A stretch of DNA of 57,829 nt from an uncultured Flavobacteriaceae bacterium (GCA_905478905.1 CAJQKN010000123.1:1-57829); one strand, 5' to 3'. Counted from the stretch's first letter, positions 35,233-46,408 are shown. A program made the numbers and translations. The notes: generated by a model from the letters alone, not told the origin.

Positions 35233-36609
35233 TTATTTTTTTAAAATCCAGAATTCCCAGGGCTTCATTCGGTACTCATAGGAATAAGACAGGCGTTTGG
35301 GTTTGTTATCTTGATAGCGCTTAAAATAACCATTGTAGGGGGAGGTAAAACCAATGTGCTCCTTCGATAGATTAGCCATAAACACTATGGTATCTCCTGC
35401 TTTTGTGCGTTCAAAAGCCAATACTTTTTCTCCCAAAGAAGTTTCTATTTGATTAAATTTTCCTGCTTCTTTTCCTGCATTGAGCGAGGGATGATTTTGC
35501 TTTAGTTCACCTAGCTGTTTGAGAAGTTGATAGGTCTCGCCTGCAACACGAGGGAAACTGTCTTTCTCAAAAAAGAGCAATCGTTTGTTTAGATCATATT
35601 CAACTCCACTATACAAAAACGGCAAACCAGGGGACATATAATTTAGCGCCATCATGGCGTGACTGGCATCCCCATATATCTCATCAACTGTTCCAGACCA
35701 TGCATTTTCGTCATGAGAGCTAACAAAATTTAGCAGGAAATGAGATGGATCATGTTTGTTGATGAAGTTTTCGCGGTGATTTGAGTAATCCAACACGGTT
35801 TTTTTACCGTGGGCAATTTCTTTGGTCAAATGATGCCCAGGGAAATCATAGGAGGCGTCAAAGTTTTTCAAATGCTCAAATCCACCAGGATGATTTGCAT
35901 CGGTTTCTCCCAATAAAAAAACAGGCTTAAGGGCACGCATAGCGGCAAAAGTATCTTCATAAAAATCCATAGGAACAGCATAGGCCTGGTCCACGCGATA
36001 GCCATCAATATCGACCTCTTTGATCCAGTATAACATGGCCTCTTTCATGGCTTCTCTCATGGCAGGATTGTCATAGTCTAAATCGGCAACATCTGTCCAC
36101 CCAAAAGATTCGCCTGTACGGGGATCTATTGGGTCAATGATCTCTCCTGCCTCGTTTTTCAAGTAAAACTCTGGGTGTTCTTTTATCCAAACATGGTCCC
36201 AACCTGTATGGCCTGGAACCCAATCAAAAATAACATACATTCCCATCTCATGTGCTTTGTTGACAAGGGATTTTAGGTCTTCCAAAGAACCGTATTCTGG
36301 ATTAACACCCTTGTAATCTGAAACAGCATAATAGCTTCCCAAAGGACCTTTACTCTTTGTTGTAGAAATGGGGAAGGTTGGCATAAACCACAGAATATTT
36401 ACCCCTAGCGCTTTTACCTTTGGAAGTTCCTTTGCGAATGCTTCAAAGGTACCTTCATTGGTAAATTGACGTATATTGACCTCATACAAAACTCCTTGGG
36501 CTATATCTTGATTAGTGATTGGCGTAATTGGTTGTACTTCAATAGTAGAAACGGATTGTTGACAGCTAAACAGGCTTAGACAGAACAAGAATAGGCATAG
36601 TTTTTTCAT
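35233..36609 (-). CDS. GH13 alpha-amylase family lipoprotein
   Basis: LFSC lipobox; YEVNIRQF, DWVPGH, DGYRVD, LGE, SHDE. Confidence 0.92.
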   Translation of the reverse strand: MKKLCLFLFCLSLFSCQQSVSTIEVQPITPITNQDIAQGVLYEVNIRQFTNEGTFEAFAKELPKVKALGVNILWFMPTFPISTTKSKGPLGSYYAVSDYKGVNPEYGSLEDLKSLVNKAHEMGMYVIFDWVPGHTGWDHVWIKEHPEFYLKNEAGEIIDPIDPRTGESFGWTDVADLDYDNPAMREAMKEAMLYWIKEVDIDGYRVDQAYAVPMDFYEDTFAAMRALKPVFLLGETDANHPGGFEHLKNFDASYDFPGHHLTKEIAHGKKTVLDYSNHRENFINKHDPSHFLLNFVSSHDENAWSGTVDEIYGDASHAMMALNYMSPGLPFLYSGVEYDLNKRLLFFEKDSFPRVAGETYQLLKQLGELKQNHPSLNAGKEAGKFNQIETSLGEKVLAFERTKAGDTIVFMANLSKEHIGFTSPYNGYFKRYQDNKPKRLSYSYEYRMKPWEFWILKK

Positions 36610-36646
36610 TGAATGAATTAAATTAAAAAATAAATATACAAAGAAG

Positions 36647-36970
36647 TTAGTCTTCTTCAGGGGCTAATTCAATTTCTAATCCGTCAAGTGCTTCGGTAAT
36701 ATGAATTTGACACCCCAATCGACTTGTGACTCGAACATTAAATGCCTCGGCTAGCATAGCTTCTTCATCGTCTGACTTTACATCCAAGGTATGATCTGAC
36801 AGAATATAGCACTGACATGAGGCGCATAAGGCCATTCCACCACATGTGCCTTCAACGGGCAACTCATGTGCCTTGCAGACTTCCATAATATTCATGGCCA
36901 TGTCCGTAGGAGCGAGAAGTTCGTGTCTTTCTCCTTCTCTATCTATGACAGTGATGGTAATATCTTTCAA
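36647..36970 (-). CDS. 2Fe-2S ferredoxin (adrenodoxin-like)
   Basis: CGGMALCASC...SRLGCQ. Confidence 0.92.
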   Translation of the reverse strand: MKDITITVIDREGERHELLAPTDMAMNIMEVCKAHELPVEGTCGGMALCASCQCYILSDHTLDVKSDDEEAMLAEAFNVRVTSRLGCQIHITEALDGLEIELAPEED

Positions 36971-36973
36971 TTG

Positions 36974-37207
36974 TTAGTTGTCTAAATTAATGACCTCTTC
37001 AATTTCTGGTGCATGTTTTTTGATCGTCATTTCAACACCTGACTTTAAAGTCATCTGATTGACAGAGCAACCAGCACAGGCCCCTTGAAGTTGTACCTTA
37101 ACAATTTTACCTTCAACAATATCGACCAAGGCGATATCTCCACCGTCTGCAGCTAAAAAAGGTCTAATTTCATCAAGGGCAAGTAATACTTTATCTTTTA
37201 ATTCCAT
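36974..37207 (-). CDS. NifU/NfuA C-terminal-domain Fe-S carrier
   Basis: IRPFLAADGGDI, LQGACAGC. Confidence 0.92.
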   Translation of the reverse strand: MELKDKVLLALDEIRPFLAADGGDIALVDIVEGKIVKVQLQGACAGCSVNQMTLKSGVEMTIKKHAPEIEEVINLDN

Positions 37208-37221
37208 TGAATTTAGTTTTA

Positions 37222-38349
37222 CTATTTCACCGCCGAACATCCGGCCATAGTGGTTATTTTTACTGCCTGTGTTGGCGGTAAATGATCGTTTCTTTTCATT
37301 AATTCAGAAACGGTATTTCGGGTAATTTCTTCAAATGCCTGAGCAACCAAAGTATTGTTTTGAAGTGCCGCAGGTCGACCAACGTCGCCCGCCTCACGAA
37401 TACTCTGAACAATGGGCACTTCCCCTAAAAAAGGAACTGCTTTATCTTCAGCTAAATTTCTTGCACCCTCTTGTCCAAAGAGATAGTATTTATTGTTTGG
37501 TAATTCTTTTGGCGTAAAATAGGCCATATTTTCTACTACTCCTAAAACAGGAACATTGATGTTTTCTTGTTGGAACATGGCAATTCCCTTGCGGGCATCT
37601 GCCAAAGCAACATTTTGCGGGGTAGAAACTACAACAGCACCGTTGATGGGGAGTGACTGAACGATACTTAAATGAATATCTCCTGTCCCTGGGGGTAAGT
37701 CAATCAATAGGAAGTCAAGTTTTCCCCAGGCGGCGTCAAAAATCATTTGATTCAATGCTTTTGCGGCCATAGGACCTCGCCATATAACTGCCTGATTAGG
37801 TTGGGTGAAAAAACCAATGGACAGTACTTTTACTCCATAATTTTCGATGGGTTCCATTTTGGAAGCGCCATCTACATTGATGGACAAGGGACGAGCCCCT
37901 TCCATATCCAACATTGTGGGAATAGACGGACCATAGATATCAGCGTCTAAAATACCCACATTGAAACCCATTTGGGCGAGTGTAACAGCAATATTAGAGG
38001 TAACGGTTGATTTACCAACACCCCCTTTTCCAGACGAAATTGCAATGATATTATCGATTCCTGGTATAGGATTTCCTTTTATGGCTTCTGCTTTTGGAGG
38101 AGCTTCAACGGTTACATTAATTTTAATTTTAGCCTTTGGATGCACTTCTTTATGTATGCACTTTAGTATTTCTACCTCAACTTTTTTACGGGCCTGTAAA
38201 CTTGGGTTGCTTAGGATCAAATCAATGACTACCTCATCTCCAAAGACAACTATATTTTTGACTGCCCCGCTTTCCATTAAATTTTTCCCTTCTCCAGGTA
38301 AGCTAATGGTTTGCAATGCTTGTTGAATATCTTGTTTAGCTAGATTCAT
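37222..38349 (-). CDS. apbC: Mrp/NBP35 (ApbC) Fe-S carrier ATPase
   Basis: SGKGGVGKST, DADIYGPS, WRGPM, DLPPGTGD, ENM. Confidence 0.93.
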   Translation of the reverse strand: MNLAKQDIQQALQTISLPGEGKNLMESGAVKNIVVFGDEVVIDLILSNPSLQARKKVEVEILKCIHKEVHPKAKIKINVTVEAPPKAEAIKGNPIPGIDNIIAISSGKGGVGKSTVTSNIAVTLAQMGFNVGILDADIYGPSIPTMLDMEGARPLSINVDGASKMEPIENYGVKVLSIGFFTQPNQAVIWRGPMAAKALNQMIFDAAWGKLDFLLIDLPPGTGDIHLSIVQSLPINGAVVVSTPQNVALADARKGIAMFQQENINVPVLGVVENMAYFTPKELPNNKYYLFGQEGARNLAEDKAVPFLGEVPIVQSIREAGDVGRPAALQNNTLVAQAFEEITRNTVSELMKRNDHLPPTQAVKITTMAGCSAVK

Positions 38350-38376
38350 TTGCTTTTTTAAACTGATTCTAAATTA

Positions 38377-38384
38377 CAAATATA
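38377..38384 (-). promoter_or_regulatory. -7 box TATATTTG for apbC-nfu-fdx
   Basis: caaatata upstream of 38349. Confidence 0.55.
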
Positions 38385-38424
38385 CAGGGAAGAAGTGGAC
38401 TAAAAAAGTTTGTTCGTTAAAGCT

Positions 38425-38763
38425 TTAGCTTTTGGTGTTGCTGGGATCCCAAAAGATTTCCTCAAAGTTTTGGATTTGATTTTCAATTACGACAATCCCT
38501 TCGTTTTCGAGCAATTGTTGCATTAGGTTTGTTCCCTCAAAATGATGCTTCCCGGTCAGTAATCCTTTACGGTTTACCACTCTGTGAGCTGGAACATCAC
38601 TTCGATTGTGCGAGGCATTCATGGCCCAGCCAACCATGCGTGCGCTTTGAGGAGAACCAATGCATTTTGCTATGGCTCCATAAGAGGTAATTCTACCTGC
38701 AGGAATTTGCTGCACAATTGCATATACTTTTTCGAAAAAATTACTTTTATCCTTTTTTGACAT
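38425..38763 (-). CDS. Alkyltransferase-like (MGMT/ATL) DNA-binding protein
   Basis: IPAGRITSYGAIA, ARMVG, VPAHRVVN (Ala in place of the catalytic Cys of PCHR). Confidence 0.9.
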   Translation of the reverse strand: MSKKDKSNFFEKVYAIVQQIPAGRITSYGAIAKCIGSPQSARMVGWAMNASHNRSDVPAHRVVNRKGLLTGKHHFEGTNLMQQLLENEGIVVIENQIQNFEEIFWDPSNTKS

Positions 38764-39436
38764 TGGGAAAACGAAAGCTTAAGTAGGTGATCAGTTTGTC
38801 CTTCGACATAAATAAACGCTCGTAGTGAGTTTGAATAGCGGTTACGTGCTTTGGCGAATAGGCATTTCCATAAACATCATGATGCGCATAGTCAACCTCC
38901 CATCCTTTTCCTTCCAACAATCCCAGGGTGTAGCCATGTAAAAACTCACTATCTGTTTTTAAGTGCACCTTTCCATTGGGTTTTAAGACTCTTTGATAGC
39001 GGTCTAAAAATGCTGGGTTTGTGAGACGGTGTTTGGTTCGTTTGAATTTAATTTGTGGATCGGGAAAAGTAATCCATATTTCGTCAATTTCATTTTCTCC
39101 AAATACACGGTCAATGAGCTCAATTTGAGTACGTAAAAAACCTACATTATCCAGACCTAGTTCAAGTGCTTCTTTAGCACCAAACCAAAAGCGTGCACCT
39201 TTGATATCAATACCGAGAAAGTTTTTATCAGGATAATTTTGAGCTAAATAGACCGAGTATTCACCTTTTCCACAGCCCAACTCAAGAACAATGGGTTTGT
39301 CGTTTTTAAAAAAATCCTTCCGCCATTTTCCTTTGAAAACATATTCAGTCTCTGTGATTTCTTCGCGAGAAGGCTGGACTACATTTGTAAAGGTTGAATT
39401 TTGATTGAATCTCTTGAGTTTATTTTTACTTCCCAC
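38747..39436 (-). CDS. trmB: tRNA (guanine-N7)-methyltransferase
   Basis: LELGCGKG, FPDPQ, HRL, KTD. Confidence 0.93.
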   Translation of the reverse strand: MGSKNKLKRFNQNSTFTNVVQPSREEITETEYVFKGKWRKDFFKNDKPIVLELGCGKGEYSVYLAQNYPDKNFLGIDIKGARFWFGAKEALELGLDNVGFLRTQIELIDRVFGENEIDEIWITFPDPQIKFKRTKHRLTNPAFLDRYQRVLKPNGKVHLKTDSEFLHGYTLGLLEGKGWEVDYAHHDVYGNAYSPKHVTAIQTHYERLFMSKDKLITYLSFRFPNVKKG

Positions 39437-39480
39437 CGTTGTGCTTTTGTTGCAAAACTAACTAAAATTTCCACAAGAAA

Positions 39481-40530
39481 TTAGGCTTTTGCTTTTGCCA
39501 ATGTAAATGAGAATTCTGAGCCAACATTGAGTGTACTTTCCACATAAATTTTCTCGTTGTGAGCTTCAATGATATGTTTGACAATAGCGAGACCCAAACC
39601 AGACCCTCCTTCATTTCTGTTACGGGTTTTATCTACGCGATAAAAACGCTCAAAAAGACGCGGTAAATGTTCTTCACCAATTCCTTTTCCGTTATCAATG
39701 ATCCGCAAAAGTACTTTTTCATTGGTTAAATCTTTTATCTCGATTTCTGTCGTACCGTTTTTAACTCCATATTTTAATGAATTTACAACTAGGTTTGACA
39801 AGACTTGTATGATTCGCTCCCTGTCTGCTTCAACAAAAATTGGGGTGTCTATATCTAAGTTGCATACCAAATTTATTTCTTTCTTTGCGGCATTAATTTC
39901 CAGTAATTCGATCATTTCATAGATTAGTTTAACCAAATCAAACTGAGCTATATCTAGCGATGTTACCCCAGTTTCAAATTGTGTAATCAAATCTAATTCC
40001 TTGATGATAAAACTCAAGCGATCTAAACCATTGGCTGCTTTTTGAATGTATTTTTGACGCGTTTTCTTGTCTTTAACATCTCCTTCAAGAAGAGTGAAAA
40101 TATAACTTTCCACCATAAAAAGAGGGGTTTTTAATTCATGGGCTAAATTTCCAATAAATTCTTTCCTGTAATTTTCTTTATCCTTTAGCAATTCAATCTC
40201 TAACTTACTGTCTTTGGCAAATTGCTGAAGACTCTTTGTTAGTGCCCAAACATCTTTTTGCATGGAGGTCTGGTTAAAAGGAATCCCCGTGGGTAGTAAA
40301 TCGTGGTACATGGCCTCGATTTTGGTGGATATAAATCTTTCAACATATTTTTGAATGACTAAAAACGAGACAACGAATAGAATGAATTGGCAAGTAATTA
40401 TGTAATACACAATTTCATACAAAAGAGTAAAACTTCCCGTATAAAGGTAAAAAAAGCCTAAAATGATTAGACTGAATACTCCAACAATAAGAATAGATAA
40501 CTGAATCGCAGCACTATAAATTTTAAACAT
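39481..40530 (-). CDS. PhoR-like sensor histidine kinase
   Basis: Two TMs; HELKTPL, NSLKY, DNGKG, FERFYRVD, GSGLGLAIVKH. Confidence 0.9.
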   Translation of the reverse strand: MFKIYSAAIQLSILIVGVFSLIILGFFYLYTGSFTLLYEIVYYIITCQFILFVVSFLVIQKYVERFISTKIEAMYHDLLPTGIPFNQTSMQKDVWALTKSLQQFAKDSKLEIELLKDKENYRKEFIGNLAHELKTPLFMVESYIFTLLEGDVKDKKTRQKYIQKAANGLDRLSFIIKELDLITQFETGVTSLDIAQFDLVKLIYEMIELLEINAAKKEINLVCNLDIDTPIFVEADRERIIQVLSNLVVNSLKYGVKNGTTEIEIKDLTNEKVLLRIIDNGKGIGEEHLPRLFERFYRVDKTRNRNEGGSGLGLAIVKHIIEAHNEKIYVESTLNVGSEFSFTLAKAKA

Positions 40531-40541
40531 ATCAAGAATAC

Positions 40542-41225
40542 TTATTCTTTTTCAATAACAAATTTATAGCCTACTCCTTTGACTGTTTTAAGGAAGTCAT
40601 TGCCAATTTTCTCACGTAATTTACGAATATGCACATCTATGGTTCTATCTCCAACAATAACATCACTTCCCCAAACGGCTTCCATTATTTTTATTCGTTT
40701 AAACACTTTCCCGGGTTTAGAGGCAAGTAGGTAGAGGAGTTCAAATTCTTTTCGAGGTAAACTAATTTCTTTGTCATCTTTAAAAACTGTATACTCTTCC
40801 GCATTAATTAGCAAGTCGCCAATAACAATATTTGCCTCTTGATTGACAAATCGTCGCAACATTGCTTTGACCTTGGAGTTGAGTATCCTTGGCTTAATGG
40901 GTTTAGTTACGTAATCATCTGCTCCAGACTCAAAAGCAGCTACCTGAGAGTAATCCTCTCCACGTGCAGATAAAAACATGATTAGAGTGTCTTTAAATCG
41001 TTTATCCATTCTTAAACGTTCACAGGTTTCGACCCCATCCATGATAGGCATCATCACATCTAAAATAATTAAATCTGGCAGCTGTTTAACAGCAACATCA
41101 AGGGCTTCTTTACCGTTTTCTGCCGTGAAAATTTTATAGCCTTCATTTGATAAATTAAAAGATAATATTTCTAAAATATCTGGCTCATCATCGACAAGAA
41201 GAATCTTTATTTTACTTTTTTTCAT
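40542..41225 (-). CDS. OmpR/PhoB-family response regulator
   Basis: VDDE, LDVMMP, GADDYVTKP, DRTIDVHIRKLR, VKGVGYK. Confidence 0.93.
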   Translation of the reverse strand: MKKSKIKILLVDDEPDILEILSFNLSNEGYKIFTAENGKEALDVAVKQLPDLIILDVMMPIMDGVETCERLRMDKRFKDTLIMFLSARGEDYSQVAAFESGADDYVTKPIKPRILNSKVKAMLRRFVNQEANIVIGDLLINAEEYTVFKDDKEISLPRKEFELLYLLASKPGKVFKRIKIMEAVWGSDVIVGDRTIDVHIRKLREKIGNDFLKTVKGVGYKFVIEKE

Positions 41226-41366
41226 TCAGCCCGGATTTCTACAATTCCAAATGTACTAAATAATAGCATTAGGGTTTTTCAATTTTAAAAAAAAATCAAA
41301 ATCATAACATAGCCATAATATTAAAAACTGTTCCGTAAAAGGAGAATGATCTGGGTAAAATTTTAA

Positions 41367-41374
41367 TAGCTTTG
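41367..41374 (+). promoter_or_regulatory. -7 box TAGCTTTG for the LuxE-like gene
   Basis: Exact TAnnTTTG, 4 nt before ATG 41379. Confidence 0.6.
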
Positions 41375-41378
41375 ACCC

Positions 41379-42362
41379 ATGAAAAAGTCACTTCCTTCCT
41401 TTCTCAAAATTGTCTCTACATCTGATTTTGATCGTGAAGTTGTTGCTACTTTCCAATACCAATACAATAACAATGTTGTTTATCGGTCCTATTGTGATTT
41501 AATCAATATTTCCCCTACTGATGTGCAAAGGGCGGGGGATATACCCTATTTACCCATAGGTTTTTTCAAGAGCCACCCTGTACAATCGTTCAAGGGAAAA
41601 CCCATCAAAACCTTTAGCTCAAGCGGAACAACTACGAGTATCAATGCCCAGCACCATTTGGCCGATTTAAGCAACTACCAAGGAAGTTTTCAGGCAACTT
41701 TTGAGCAATTTTACGGATCTCCTAAGGATTGGGCCATTTTAGCCTTACTCCCTTCTTATATGGAACGTGAAGGCTCCTCTTTGATTTATATGATGGATTC
41801 CCTCATAGGGCAAAGTAAAAACCTGCATTCGGGCTTTTACCTAAAAGATTTAGCTCAATTGCATACTGTACTTCTTCAACTTGAACAACAAAAAACACCA
41901 ACCTTACTGCTGGGTGTTTCCTTTGCTCTCTTGGAATTTACAGAAAAATATTCAATGAATTTATCTTCGACCATTGTCATGGAAACTGGAGGCATGAAAG
42001 GAAGAAGAAAAGAACTAACTCGGGAAGAGCTGCATCAAAAACTACAAAAAGGATTTGGTGTATCTACCATTCACAGTGAATATGGAATGACCGAACTATT
42101 ATCTCAAGCATATTCCAAGGCAAAGGGACGTTTTCAATGTCCAAATTGGATGCAAGTCACACCTTTTGAAATCAATGATCCATTTACCCCAACTGAAAAA
42201 GGAAAAATTGGACGACTCAATATCATCGATCTTGCCAATCAAGAATCTTGCGCTTTCATTGCAACCGATGATCTAGGCAGATCATTTTCCGATGGAACAT
42301 TTGAAGTAATGGGCAGACTAGATGCAAGTGATATTCGAGGATGTAATTTGTTGGTCTACTAA
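41379..42362 (+). CDS. LuxE-like acyl-protein synthetase / acyltransferase
   Basis: [40 protein letters not shown]. Confidence 0.88.
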   Translation: MKKSLPSFLKIVSTSDFDREVVATFQYQYNNNVVYRSYCDLINISPTDVQRAGDIPYLPIGFFKSHPVQSFKGKPIKTFSSSGTTTSINAQHHLADLSNYQGSFQATFEQFYGSPKDWAILALLPSYMEREGSSLIYMMDSLIGQSKNLHSGFYLKDLAQLHTVLLQLEQQKTPTLLLGVSFALLEFTEKYSMNLSSTIVMETGGMKGRRKELTREELHQKLQKGFGVSTIHSEYGMTELLSQAYSKAKGRFQCPNWMQVTPFEINDPFTPTEKGKIGRLNIIDLANQESCAFIATDDLGRSFSDGTFEVMGRLDASDIRGCNLLVY

Positions 42363-43654
42363 ACAAATTCTATAATAAAATAACTTTTCTTCCCACGTTG
42401 AAGCAAGACGTATCGATCATTGATTAAATCGGTGGTATTGATCTTCTTTTCTTCATCTACCTTGGCTTTGTTTATCGAAATAGAATTTTCTTTTAATGCT
42501 CTTCTCGCCTCTCCATTGGATTTCAACAATCGCCCTTCTCCGGCTAAGGCAGCAATAATATCTAAGCCATCGACTAAAGCTGTTTTATCAATCTGCGTCT
42601 GAGGAACACCGTCAAATACATCTAAAAAAGTTGCACTATCGAGCTTTAATAAATCCTCAGATGTCGATTTCCCAAATAATATCTGCGAGGCGCGTTGTGC
42701 ATTTTCGAGATCTTCTTTGGAATGAACCAAAACAGTTACTTCTTCTGCAATGCGTTTTTGTAATAAACGCAAATGTGGCATTTCTTGATGCTCTTTGATT
42801 AGGCTTTCAATTTCCTCTTTTGATAAAAAGGTGAATATTTTTATGTAATTGGCTGCATCTTCATCAGAAGCATTGAGCCAGTACTGGTAAAATTTATAGG
42901 GTGAAGTACGTTTTTTGTCCAACCAAATATTTCCTCCCTCGGTTTTTCCAAACTTGGTTCCATCAGCCTTTGTGATCAATGGACAAGTAATCGCATACGC
43001 TTTTCCACTCGCCTTTCTTCGCACCAATTCTGTACCAGTAGTTATGTTTCCCCATTGGTCACTTCCCCCCATTTGAAGGGTACAGTTATAGTTTTTATAC
43101 AAATAAAGGAAATCGTATCCCTGCAACAATTGGTAGGTAAATTCAGTAAATGACATACCTACTTGTGATTCTGAGCCCAAGCGTTTTTTAACTGAATCTT
43201 TCGACATCATATAGTTTACAGTGATGTGCTTACCAATATCACGTGAAAAGTCAATGAGTGAATAGTTTTTCATCCAATCAAAGTTGTTGACCAACAAGGC
43301 AGGGTTTTTCTGGCTGTCAGAAAAATCGAGAAAGCGTGAAAGTTGGGCTTTAATTCCAGCAATATTTTTTTCTAGGGTTGGGCCATCCAATAAATTTCGT
43401 TCATCAGATTTTCCCGAAGGATCGCCAATCATACCGGTTGCTCCTCCGACCAATGCAATGGGTTGGTGACCTGCACGTTGAAAGTGCATCAAAATCATGA
43501 TTTGCACTAAACTTCCAATATGAAGGGAATCGGCCGTTGGATCAAAACCAATATAGCCAGCAGTTGGCCCAAGGTTTAAATGATTTTCGGTTTCAGGCAT
43601 TATGTCATGCAACATCCCTCTCCATTCAAGTTCTTCAACGAATGTATTTCTCAT
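42359..43654 (-). CDS. tyrS: Tyrosine--tRNA ligase
   Basis: [27 protein letters not shown]. Start ATG 43654; TATCTTTG at 43673-43680. Confidence 0.97.
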   Translation of the reverse strand: MRNTFVEELEWRGMLHDIMPETENHLNLGPTAGYIGFDPTADSLHIGSLVQIMILMHFQRAGHQPIALVGGATGMIGDPSGKSDERNLLDGPTLEKNIAGIKAQLSRFLDFSDSQKNPALLVNNFDWMKNYSLIDFSRDIGKHITVNYMMSKDSVKKRLGSESQVGMSFTEFTYQLLQGYDFLYLYKNYNCTLQMGGSDQWGNITTGTELVRRKASGKAYAITCPLITKADGTKFGKTEGGNIWLDKKRTSPYKFYQYWLNASDEDAANYIKIFTFLSKEEIESLIKEHQEMPHLRLLQKRIAEEVTVLVHSKEDLENAQRASQILFGKSTSEDLLKLDSATFLDVFDGVPQTQIDKTALVDGLDIIAALAGEGRLLKSNGEARRALKENSISINKAKVDEEKKINTTDLINDRYVLLQRGKKSYFIIEFV

Positions 43655-43733
43655 AGTTTCTTTGGTAAACGACAAAGATAGATTTCTCTAGTGAATGGAA
43701 AAAGACAATCAGAAAAAACAGTACTTTTAATCC

Positions 43734-44720
43734 ATGATTTTAGTTACCGGAGCGACAGGATTGGTTGGGGCCCATCTTTGTCTCGAATTACTGGAAAAGG
43801 AAATTCTCATTGTTGCCCTTTTTCGTCGCGACAAAAAAAAAGAGGCTACACGTGCTTTTTTTAGCGCAAAAAATAAATTAAATCTTTTTGAGCAAATCGA
43901 GTGGCGCAAAGCCGATCTATGTAATTTACCCGAACTCACCGAAGCATTTAAAGGAATTACGCAGGTTTATCATTGTGCTGCATATATTTCTATGGCTTAT
44001 CACAAACAGGTCTATCTTCAAGAAGTCAATCAACAAGGAACGGCTTATATCGCCAATTTATGTATTGAAAATAAAGTCGAAAAATTAGCCTATGTTAGCT
44101 CTATCGCTGCACTTGGCAGTGAAACTACCTCAGCCGCTATAGACGAAACAACTCCGTGGAATCCAACACTAGAGAAGACGCCTTATGCCTATTCTAAATA
44201 TGGTGCTGAACTTGAAGTTTGGCGAGCTTCTCAAGAAGGTGTTCCGGTTGTTATTGTTAACCCTGGTGTCATATTGGGTGCCGGTATGCCGCGAACTCCA
44301 TTAGATCAATTGACAGAACAAATTCGCAAGGGAATGCGTTTTTATCCTAGAGGCAAAACAGGCTATGTTGCCGTGGAGGATGTAGTAGATGTGTTGATTC
44401 GTTTAATGAAAAGTGATGTTAAAAATGAACGGTTTATTTTAGTGGCAGAAAATTGGTTCTTTAAAGATATGATCGAATTTACTGCACAGGCCTTAGGAAA
44501 AAAAGTTCCAACATTGGCATTAAAACCCAGCCTACTTTATATTGCCTGGTTTTTTGAGACCTGCCTCAGTGTTCTAAAACTTCGCCGAAAATTTCTAACT
44601 AGGGCGCTGATAAAAAGTCTTTCCGACACGAGGGACATAGACGGAAGTAAGATTCAAAAAACGCTTAAATTCAACTATCGCCCTATTGCAGATTATTTAA
44701 ACAAGCTACTCAGCACTTAA
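43734..44720 (+). CDS. NAD-dependent epimerase/dehydratase (extended SDR)
   Basis: VTGATGLVG, HCAA, VSSIAA, YAYSK. Confidence 0.9.
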   Translation: MILVTGATGLVGAHLCLELLEKEILIVALFRRDKKKEATRAFFSAKNKLNLFEQIEWRKADLCNLPELTEAFKGITQVYHCAAYISMAYHKQVYLQEVNQQGTAYIANLCIENKVEKLAYVSSIAALGSETTSAAIDETTPWNPTLEKTPYAYSKYGAELEVWRASQEGVPVVIVNPGVILGAGMPRTPLDQLTEQIRKGMRFYPRGKTGYVAVEDVVDVLIRLMKSDVKNERFILVAENWFFKDMIEFTAQALGKKVPTLALKPSLLYIAWFFETCLSVLKLRRKFLTRALIKSLSDTRDIDGSKIQKTLKFNYRPIADYLNKLLST

Positions 44721-45077
44721 TTCTTTCATCTCTTTTTCCTGTCGCAACAACGCATTGATGCTGTCTTTCGCTTTCTTTAATCGCTGTTCTATCCGCTTGT
44801 AAATAACCATAGATTCTTTTGGGCTTTGCGCATAGTACAACTGATTTTGCGCCAAGATTGTACTGTCTATATTATATTTTCGAAAAATATAAGCATCATT
44901 AAAAAGTGCTTTTCCTTCTTGATCATTGTAAGAGGTTTTGATTGCTTTGAGAAGTGTCAAATCATACAATATATTTTCCATTTTCTCTGAAGACAAAAAG
45001 ACATCGGGTTTCGTTATGGACGAATTGGTATCGCAGGAGAGTAAAAGAAATACGATAATTACAAGTGCTTTTTTCAT
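44706..45077 (-). CDS. DUF4296 lipoprotein
   Basis: LLSC lipobox; KMENILYDL, KYNIDS...YY. Confidence 0.8.
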   Translation of the reverse strand: MKKALVIIVFLLLSCDTNSSITKPDVFLSSEKMENILYDLTLLKAIKTSYNDQEGKALFNDAYIFRKYNIDSTILAQNQLYYAQSPKESMVIYKRIEQRLKKAKDSINALLRQEKEMKELSAE

Positions 45078-46408
45078 CGATCGAAAGTTAATTGTTGTGC
45101 TGCTTCTACCTCAATAATCTTACCATTTGCATAAACTGTTTTTCCGTTGACCCAAGTCCGATCTATAACAGCATCAAATGTTGTTCCTTCAAAAGGAGAC
45201 CATCCACATTGGTACAACAAACCTTCTTTGGTTACAGTTGTTGTACGATCCAAATCCACCAACACTAGGTCAGCGCAATAGCCTTCTCTCAAATAACCTC
45301 TTTTGGCAATTTGAAATAAGATTGCCGGATTGTGACAGGCTTTTTCAACCAATTTTTCAAGGGTAATCTTCCCTTTTTTGGCAGCTGTTAATAAGGCCAA
45401 TAGTGCATGTTGCACGAGGGGACCTCCAGATGGGGCTTTGGTATATACATTACTTTTCTCCTCTAAGGTATGTGGCGCATGATCTGTTGCTAAAACATCA
45501 ATCCTGTCATCGTTTAAAGCAGCCCATAGTGCGCTTCGATCAGCCTCATTCTTTACCGCCGGGTTCCATTTAATAAGGGTCCCTTTCTCTGCATAATCAT
45601 CTGCTGAAAACCAAAGATGATGCACACAGACCTCTGCGGTTATTCTTTTGTCCTTTAGTGGTATTGTATTGTCAAATAGTTCCGTTTCAATGGCCGTTGA
45701 CAGATGAAAAACATGTAGTCTGGCCCCCGTTTCTTTTGCCAATGCTATTGCTTTGGAAGAAGAAATATAGCAGGCTTCATGGCTTCGAATAATTGGATGT
45801 TTCTCTATGGGTATATCCTCACCATATTCTGCAATATGGGCAGCAAGGTTAGCCTTTACTGTGGGCTCATCTTCACAATGCACCGATATGACCAAATCTG
45901 TGCTAGCGAAAATCTTGCGTAAGATTGCTTCGTTGTCTACTAGCATATTCCCTGTAGATGACCCTAAAAATAATTTTAAACCAGCCACTTTAGAGGTATC
46001 CAAACGTTGGATTTCATCAAAATTATCGTTGGTCCCACCAAACATAAAAGAGTAATTGGCAAGTGAATTTTCTTTAGCAATAGCGAGTTTCTCGTCAAAC
46101 TTTTCAACTGTAGTTGTTTGAGGAACAGTATTCGGCATTTCAATAAAAGAGGTTATCCCGCCTGAAACTGCAGCGCGAGATTCCGATTTGATACAAGCTT
46201 TGTGTGTCAGTCCTGGCTCACGGAAATGAACTTGATCGTCAATTAAACCTGGCAATAAGTACTTCCCTGTTGCATCTATTACTTCCTCATTTTCTAGGGG
46301 CAAAAGTTTTTCTGCAATGGTCAAAATTTTTCCGTCTTGTATACGAAGATCGTGTTGGCTTGTCTTCCCCTCATTAACAAGAAAAGCATTTTTAATCAGT
46401 TGTGTCAT
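45074..46408 (-). CDS. pyrC: Dihydroorotase
   Basis: DDQVHFREPG, EMPNT, HCED, KWNP, ATDHAPH. Confidence 0.92.
   Translation of the reverse strand: MTQLIKNAFLVNEGKTSQHDLRIQDGKILTIAEKLLPLENEEVIDATGKYLLPGLIDDQVHFREPGLTHKACIKSESRAAVSGGITSFIEMPNTVPQTTTVEKFDEKLAIAKENSLANYSFMFGGTNDNFDEIQRLDTSKVAGLKLFLGSSTGNMLVDNEAILRKIFASTDLVISVHCEDEPTVKANLAAHIAEYGEDIPIEKHPIIRSHEACYISSSKAIALAKETGARLHVFHLSTAIETELFDNTIPLKDKRITAEVCVHHLWFSADDYAEKGTLIKWNPAVKNEADRSALWAALNDDRIDVLATDHAPHTLEEKSNVYTKAPSGGPLVQHALLALLTAAKKGKITLEKLVEKACHNPAILFQIAKRGYLREGYCADLVLVDLDRTTTVTKEGLLYQCGWSPFEGTTFDAVIDRTWVNGKTVYANGKIIEVEAAQQLTFDR

Noticed and set aside
38425-38763. MGMT lacking the catalytic Cys as a broken gene
   Set aside because: PAHR-type motifs define the known alkyltransferase-like (ATL) family
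41379-42362. LuxE homolog as evidence of bioluminescence
   Set aside because: No luxAB, luxC or luxD; stand-alone LuxE-like genes are common in Bacteroidota
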